57,805 nucleotides of DNA, taken from positions 1 through 57,805 of the forward strand of contig NW_021833583.1 of the NCBI RefSeq assembly GCF_006345805.1, read 5' to 3'. The translations under genes were made by a program, and so were the position numbers. Source of the stretch: Octopus sinensis. Its lineage: Eukaryota. How positions within the stretch are numbered: position 1 is the first letter of the stretch; each line of letters starts with the position of its first letter. A model generated the notes under the pieces. The model was not told the DNA's origin. It did no database searches and saw nothing but the letters and a program-made list of their open reading frames with translations. Positions 51,435-57,805 of this stretch are shown in pieces.

Positions 51435-52419
51435 TTTTTTTTTTAATGGTGAAATGCGATAGTGCCACACCTCATCCTGAAACTGGCTAATCCATTTATC
51501 TGGCAATCTAACACTGTGAATTAAGTGTATCTAAATCTTTCTTAATGGCTAATCAGACTAAAAGCCTTCCCTATGACACAAGTGGAAGCAAATATTGGTC
51601 ATTATTGCCGTTGTCACCATTGTTTAGCTCCAGGTCAGCACTGATCAAACAGACCTATGATCAAAACGATTCCATTTATGACCATCACCATTTTTCTGTT
51701 TCAGACAGAGCATCTGGGACTTTTCTTTTTAATAGTATGGTGTGTTATAAGGGATTTGATTGGATTGGGTCACCTATGTTCAGTCTATAGCAGGACAAAG
51801 GCCTCAGCATGTTCTCTCCACCAAGCCACAGTCCGATGCGGAGTCTGTGAATTTGAGCTTAAGATGATACTGGTCTGCTAAGCCTACTCTGCCACACTGA
51901 CTCAACACAGCTGCTATTTTTAGAAGATTGAGCAACAATGAAGGGACTCCACCATTATTTTTTTTTCTTCTTATTTTTTACTTGTTTCAGTTATTGGACA
52001 GCAGCCATGCCAGGGCACTGCATTGAAAGGTTTAGTCAAACGGGTTGGCACCAGGATTTAGCTATTAACTTTAAATTCTAGTACTTATTCTATCAGTTTA
52101 TTGTGCAGACCCACTGATTTATGGGGACATAAATAAACAATTGTGAAACATAGGAGGGAGAAGCACAAAGACAAACACGCATGCGCAGCCATAGAAATCA
52201 TGCCAAACAGACAACTGGGGCCTAGTGCAGCTCTCCAACTGACCGGCTCCTGTCAAACTATCCAACCCTACCAACTTGGAAGGTGGACACTAAATGATGA
52301 TGATGATTATGATGATAATAATATAACTATAAAATATTCAACAGGAAGGGCACAGAAGATCTGTTACAACAAATTCTGTCAGATCCATGCAAGCATGGAA
52401 ACGTGGACGATAAATGATG

Positions 52420-52583
52420 AGGCACAGACGTGGCTGTTTGGTACGTAGCTTGCTTCCCAGCCACATGGTTCCGGGTTCAGTCCCACTGCGTGACACTTTA
52501 GGCAAGTGTCTTCTACCATAGCCTCGGGTCGACCAAAGCCTTGTGAGTAGATTTGGTAGACAGAAACTGAAAGAAGCCCATCG

Positions 52584-52631
<48 letters not shown>

Positions 52632-52815
52632 TTCCACCAACATCGCTTGATAACCGATGCTGGTGTGTTTAAGTCCCTATAACTTAGCGGTTCGGCAAAA
52701 AAACCCGATAGAATAAGTACTCGGCTTACAAAGAATAAGTCCTGGGGTTGATTTGCTCAACTAAAGGCAGTGCTCCAGCATGGCCACAATCAGATGATTG
52801 AAACAAAAGAGAATA
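52420..52815 (+). mobile_element. SINE A, full length
   Basis: tRNA-like head, CORE-like segment, internal (TG)n and 3' body. Confidence 0.9.
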
Positions 52816-52831
52816 AATGAATAATGATACA

Positions 52832-52863
<32 letters not shown>

Positions 52864-53163
52864 GACATGCATGCATGCACACATAGGCTTACCTAGTATC
52901 TTTTCTCGATTCAAAAGAACTTACACACACATGTACACACACACACACACATATATATACCATACATATTGTATATATAGTATATACACAATACATATAT
53001 ATAGTATACACACACATAATCTTATAAGTATACCATTCTGCCAAAATAATGGATCTACAAATACAATATCTCTGCATATCTCACATCTATTTTCATTCCT
53101 CCACCTCTCTCTCTCTTTCATATCTTATCTAAATTAACTATTGCTTAACCATCTTCTCACACT

Positions 53164-53211
53164 GTCTCTGATGAAGGGATATAATAAATATCCTGGAAAC
53201 AGCTGTAAGAC
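53164..53211 (+). ncRNA. Type-I minimal hammerhead ribozyme (Penelope-associated type)
   Basis: GUCU-CUGAUGA-A-GGGAUAU(AAUAA)AUAUCCU-G-GAAAC-AGCU-GUA-AGAC: canonical core, 7-bp stem II, palindromic ACAGCUGU stem III, GUA triplet and 4-bp stem I. Confidence 0.8.
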
Positions 53212-53528
53212 CTTCTATTTATAAATGTTCTAAAATCTACAAAGCCTTGGTTTTTTATCTCATTACAGAAAAAAGTTTTTATATGTACTCACTAAAGATT
53301 CATCCTAATTCATCGTATACCACCACTCCTTAGATTCTTACCTTCTAACCTCGTCATCGATTTGTAAAATTTGAATGCTTAACACTGTGTTAATGCAGGT
53401 ACATTTATGTATTATACGCATTCATGATTTGTGTATTTGTACTTGAATTGATATTGTATATGCCTACAATGCAAAGAGTTTTAATTTAATAAAGGGACTT
53501 GACCATTGAAATTTGTTCTCCATTCTTG

Positions 53529-53578
<50 letters not shown>

Positions 53579-54217
53579 ATATACATACATATAACAGACA
53601 ATTTCTGTCAACACACACAATTTCTGTCAACCAAATTCATTTATAAAGCATCAGTTGGCACAGGGCTACAGAAGAAGACAATTGTTGTTCAAAGTGCTGC
53701 ACAATGGGGCTGTACCAAAAAGCACATGGTTGCACAATGAGTTTTTTAACCACTAAGGTGGATAATTAGTAGCCCTTAGGTACATTGTAAGTATTTGTTG
53801 GGTGGGCTGTGATGATGTCACCAATCACTGCTCCTCAGAGTTGATTAATCATGTATTCCCTCTATGCAAGATCTCTCAAGTCACCCTTTCGCTTGGTCTC
53901 TCCCCTCTTTCATTACCCATATTGAGACCATCATCAGTCTCTACAATTCTCTCCCAGCCCAAAATTTTCAACAGTTGCCACTCCTGAGGCTTGTGAGATA
54001 AATAATATGGTTAATTATTTATCATAACCGCATTTACCTCAGGTATAAGAGGGCTTGCAATGGTTTACAATATCAATGGCCACAATTCTTTTCTTCAAGC
54101 CAAACCAATTATATATACATACATACATACATGCATGCATGCATACATACATACATACATACATACATACCTACATACATACATGCATGCATGCATATAT
54201 ATATATATATATATATC

Positions 54218-54337
54218 ATAAAAGAAGGAAAATGCACACAGTTTATATAATTTTAATATACTTTTAAATATGTTTTATAAAATATATCAAACAATATATT
54301 AAAACTATGTAAACTGTGTGCATTTTCCTTCTTTTAT
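54218..54337. repeat. Fold-back element, 120 bp
   Basis: ATAAAAGAAGGAAAATGCACACAGTTTATATAATTTTAATATA and its reverse complement (2 mismatches). Next to (TA)n. Confidence 0.92.
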
Positions 54338-57199
54338 TTTATATATATTTTTTGCATTACACCTTACCATGAGGGGATAATCGAAATTCTCCTGCTCACT
54401 TTTTCTTACTATATATTTGTGTGTGTGTGTGTGTGCATGCGCCAATGCATGAAACTCTTTGACCTTGAGTCACTCTGTTACTTCAGCTAAATATTAATAA
54501 AAATATACATATACTCATATTTTTAGTTTTATTTTCCCTGTTTGCATCAACATACCTATATATGTTTGTAGATATGGGTAGTATAGTTTGCATGTAGCAT
54601 TATCATCATCATCATTATCATCATTTAGTGTCCGTTGTCCATGCTAGCATTAGTTAGACAGTTTGATCAGGGCTGAAAAACTGAATGACAGCAGGTTGCA
54701 CTGTTACCTTGTATTTCAATATTTCAAGCTTAGAAGCCCTTTTTCCGAAAATCTTTGGGGATATGATGTCGTGAGAGTTGATTTTTCTGTTCTGTACACA
54801 CACTACAGAGCAGAGAAGCCAGTTCACAATACCATACCTCCAAAGATATGGTATTGAAATACACGGCAAAAGTACAAACTATTGACTTGTATTATTTCTT
54901 ATAACTCACATATTTCTGGCTTTAAAAATATATCAAAGTCTGTGTGTGTGTGTATGTGTGTTTTAGATCAGAAAAAAAAAATGACTGGGTAGGTCTATGC
55001 ATGAATGCATGTGTGTGTGTGTGTCACTCAATCTAAGATATATGAGCAGTACTGTAACATAGAACATGCATCATCTTCATAAACTGTCATTAACTAATCA
55101 GTTCTGAAGAATATCATGACTTTGAAGATGGAACTAAACTTTTAAGATCTGATTTTGAAATATTATAATTGATCACCAGCAAGTGTAGTATTATTTGTAG
55201 CATATTTGAGAGTTTTAACTCTGTGCTGTTCATTAGTAAGGAGGTGCTAGTTTGGCCCTCTTTAGTATATGGTATAGCTATGTCATTGTACAGTAGGATA
55301 AGACTATCTTCTTGTGTCCCCTATAACAATAAAATTTTCATGTTTCTAACTGAACTTAAGCTTCTGTCCTTTAGGACACATTTGGGACAGAACATGTCTA
55401 TGTTAAGTATTTCAGGTAGTCATATTTTTGAACAAATCATCATCATCATTCACATGCTGCTATAGGTTGAATAGTTCTAAAGAATCTTATGGGCCCAAGG
55501 ACTGCATCATGCTTTAATGTCTGTTTTGGCATGGTTTCTTTGACTGGATGTCCTTCCTAATTCCAACCACTTTACAGAAGGTACTGGGGGTACTTTGTTT
55601 ATGACACCATGAATGAGGCAGTCCCATTGTTTGAATAAAATCACAATAAAATCCTTATTGAATATAGATTTATTTTAATGGATTAGTTATTATAGCTACA
55701 ACATGCGATGTCTGATGAAGAATCTGTTGTCATTCTACTCTTTTTACAGCACCAAAATAGGCAAATTTGTTCTTGTCAAGTTCCAAGCTACATGTCACAC
55801 AAGTTGTCGACATGGGAAATGAAATAGTGAGCTGGTATCAATTTTCATTATCTAGTTCATGATTTTACCTTGGTTAATGACCCAATGCAAACATTTAAAG
55901 TGACAAAATTCTATTTCTGTATCACATGAGAAAATTTTGATCAGCTCCAGTTGACAAAATAAAAAATATCATTACAGATCAACATTAGGTCATCTACAAA
56001 AATGTTTCAGCTTGACATTAGCTTGTTCTCACCAGGTGATCCAACCATATAAACCTGGCACATATTTCACAAGATCAAGTGCTAGGTTAAACAGCAGAAA
56101 AGAGAGTCTACCATTTAGTAGCATTGTTCCAGATAACCTTATTCAGCATGTGACAGCTATAGATGACTATTTTTTAGACAGGTTTTTTACTATACTTTAG
56201 TGAATCTTTCGATAATATTGATTCCTTTCCATCCAGTCAGGCATGACCCATTCACTGAAACAACCCTCCCAATGAAGGGCAGAGTGGACATCAAAATGGT
56301 AATGGTTGTGATGGACATCTACATTGGATCTCTCATCTACTATGTTTTTGTTAAGTTTCTACATATGCCTTCCTTCTCTTGTTATCCTGACATTTAACAC
56401 TTACTATCTCTCTCTCTCTCTCTCTCTCTTTCTCATATTTAATATACCACATCACCTGCAAAATGTTTGGCGTTGGATCTAGCTGCACGCAATCCAGCCT
56501 GTCTACTACATTTTCACTCTATCTCTCTTCTCTCATGTCACCTGTGCAATAAAGGAAGGCATCTAATTTACTGTCACCCTTCTTGACTGCTATCCATCAT
56601 ACTCCCTTATTCACATCACTCTTTAGAGACAACCTCCATCCACTCTTGCCATTGCCAATCACTACTGCAGTTCATCACTTGCTCACCCTTACCATCACCC
56701 ATCTTTCAATCCTTGTCACTCACACAAACACACACACATGAATATCATTCCCCCATCTGTCATTCTTTTTAAACATGCATCACTTTGTTAAAGCGGTCAT
56801 GTCTGTCTCGAACAAATGGTGACAACACAGATCAAAGAGAAATCTTTAGGCTTGCATACAAGAAAACAACCTCTCATATGCTGGTGCCACAATATAATGC
56901 ACTTCATACAGTGCTAAACAAAAGCTTCAGCATTGTAAAAACATTAAGGTGAGTTCTATACACAGATGTGAAAGTCCCAGTTGAGAAAACATGTTACCAG
57001 CACACAATGTTTCCTTGTGTCTGTGCATCAGAAATTTATAGTTCGTTTGGAACAATAAAGTTCTCAAATTCATCTTTCATTCCGCCTCTCTCCTTCCATA
57101 TACATATGTGTGTGTATGTGCATATGTATGCATGTGTGGACATGTGCATATGTATGTATATGTGTATGTGCATATGTATGTGTGTGTGAGATATTTATG

Positions 57200-57725
57200 T
57201 ATGTATGTCATTATTCAATTTTATTTCAAGATTTCTTGCTAATAGAGAAGGAGCTAGTTTCTAATCTAGACCCAAGGCACCTTCACTGGAATTTCAACAA
57301 CATCAATAAGGTACTTTTTGTATGTATGTATGAATATGTACGGTATTTGGTGTCAGTGCATGTGTGTCAGGACAATTAACCCACTTGGTTAATTACTCCT
57401 TCTCCAATATATTAAGAAGTTTTAAATCATCATCTGTTATCCTCAGACATAATTGTCTTTGCAGGATTATTGTCCATGGAGGGTAAATGTCCTAGACTCA
57501 GTGCATGTGCAACATTGTAAGTTTAGTTTTATGTGTGTATTCTCATGCATATATTTACATGTCTAGGCATGCGCACATATACTTAACTTGTATGTCATTA
57601 TTCAGTTTATTTCAAGATTTCTTGCCAATAGAGAAAGAACCGGTTTCTAACATAGATCCAATGCTCCTTAACTGGAATTTCAATATAAACAACAGGGTAT
57701 TTTTTTATGTATATATGTATGTATG
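57200..57725 (-). mobile_element. Further 3' UTR fragments of the Dong-like family seen at 46812-48240 (57207-57320, 57535-57590, 57594-57715)
   Basis: GTCATTATTCA.TTT(T)ATTTCAAGATTTCTTGC.AATAGAGAA is the reverse complement of 48200-48238. Each abuts (TATG)n. Confidence 0.85.
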
Positions 57726-57805
57726 CACCAGGTTCCAATCTGATCTGGCAATGTTTCTACAGTTGGATGCCTTTCCTAACGCTAACCACTCTGAGAGTGT
57801 AGTGG
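57724..57805 (-). mobile_element. Family D fragment running off the window end
   Basis: CAATCTGATCTGGCA..GTTTCTACAG.TGGATGCC.TTCCTAACG. Confidence 0.8.

Overview
AT-rich, extremely repeat-dense eukaryotic (animal) DNA. The SINE/LINE families and abundant (TA)n, (CA)n, (TACA)n and (ATT)n tracts look like those of an octopod cephalopod (Octopus sp.); this is inference from recognition, not a database hit. I find no intact host protein-coding gene, and almost all listed ORFs are microsatellite or repeat artefacts. The window holds: three decayed Tc1/mariner-superfamily mariner relics and one Tc1 with intact TIRs and TA target-site duplication; non-autonomous Helitrons; pogo-, Merlin/Mutator- and piggyBac-like MITEs; fragments of RTE (including Expander/Rex3-like), R4/Dong-like and probably CRE-like LINEs; dozens of tRNA-derived SINEs; and a possible solo LTR. 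The most interesting signals are two type-I hammerhead ribozyme motifs. One (17591-17635, minus) has a U3-A8 core, the compensatory version of the C3-G8 tertiary pair, and heads a chain of four hairpins, suggesting a small retrozyme-like element. The other (53164-53211, plus) has a canonical core. Also notable: a set of unrelated 100-215 bp fold-back elements next to microsatellites, retroelements chained inside specific microsatellites, and a hierarchically amplified RTE 3' UTR. Coordinates of degenerate repeats are approximate (about 10-20 bp).
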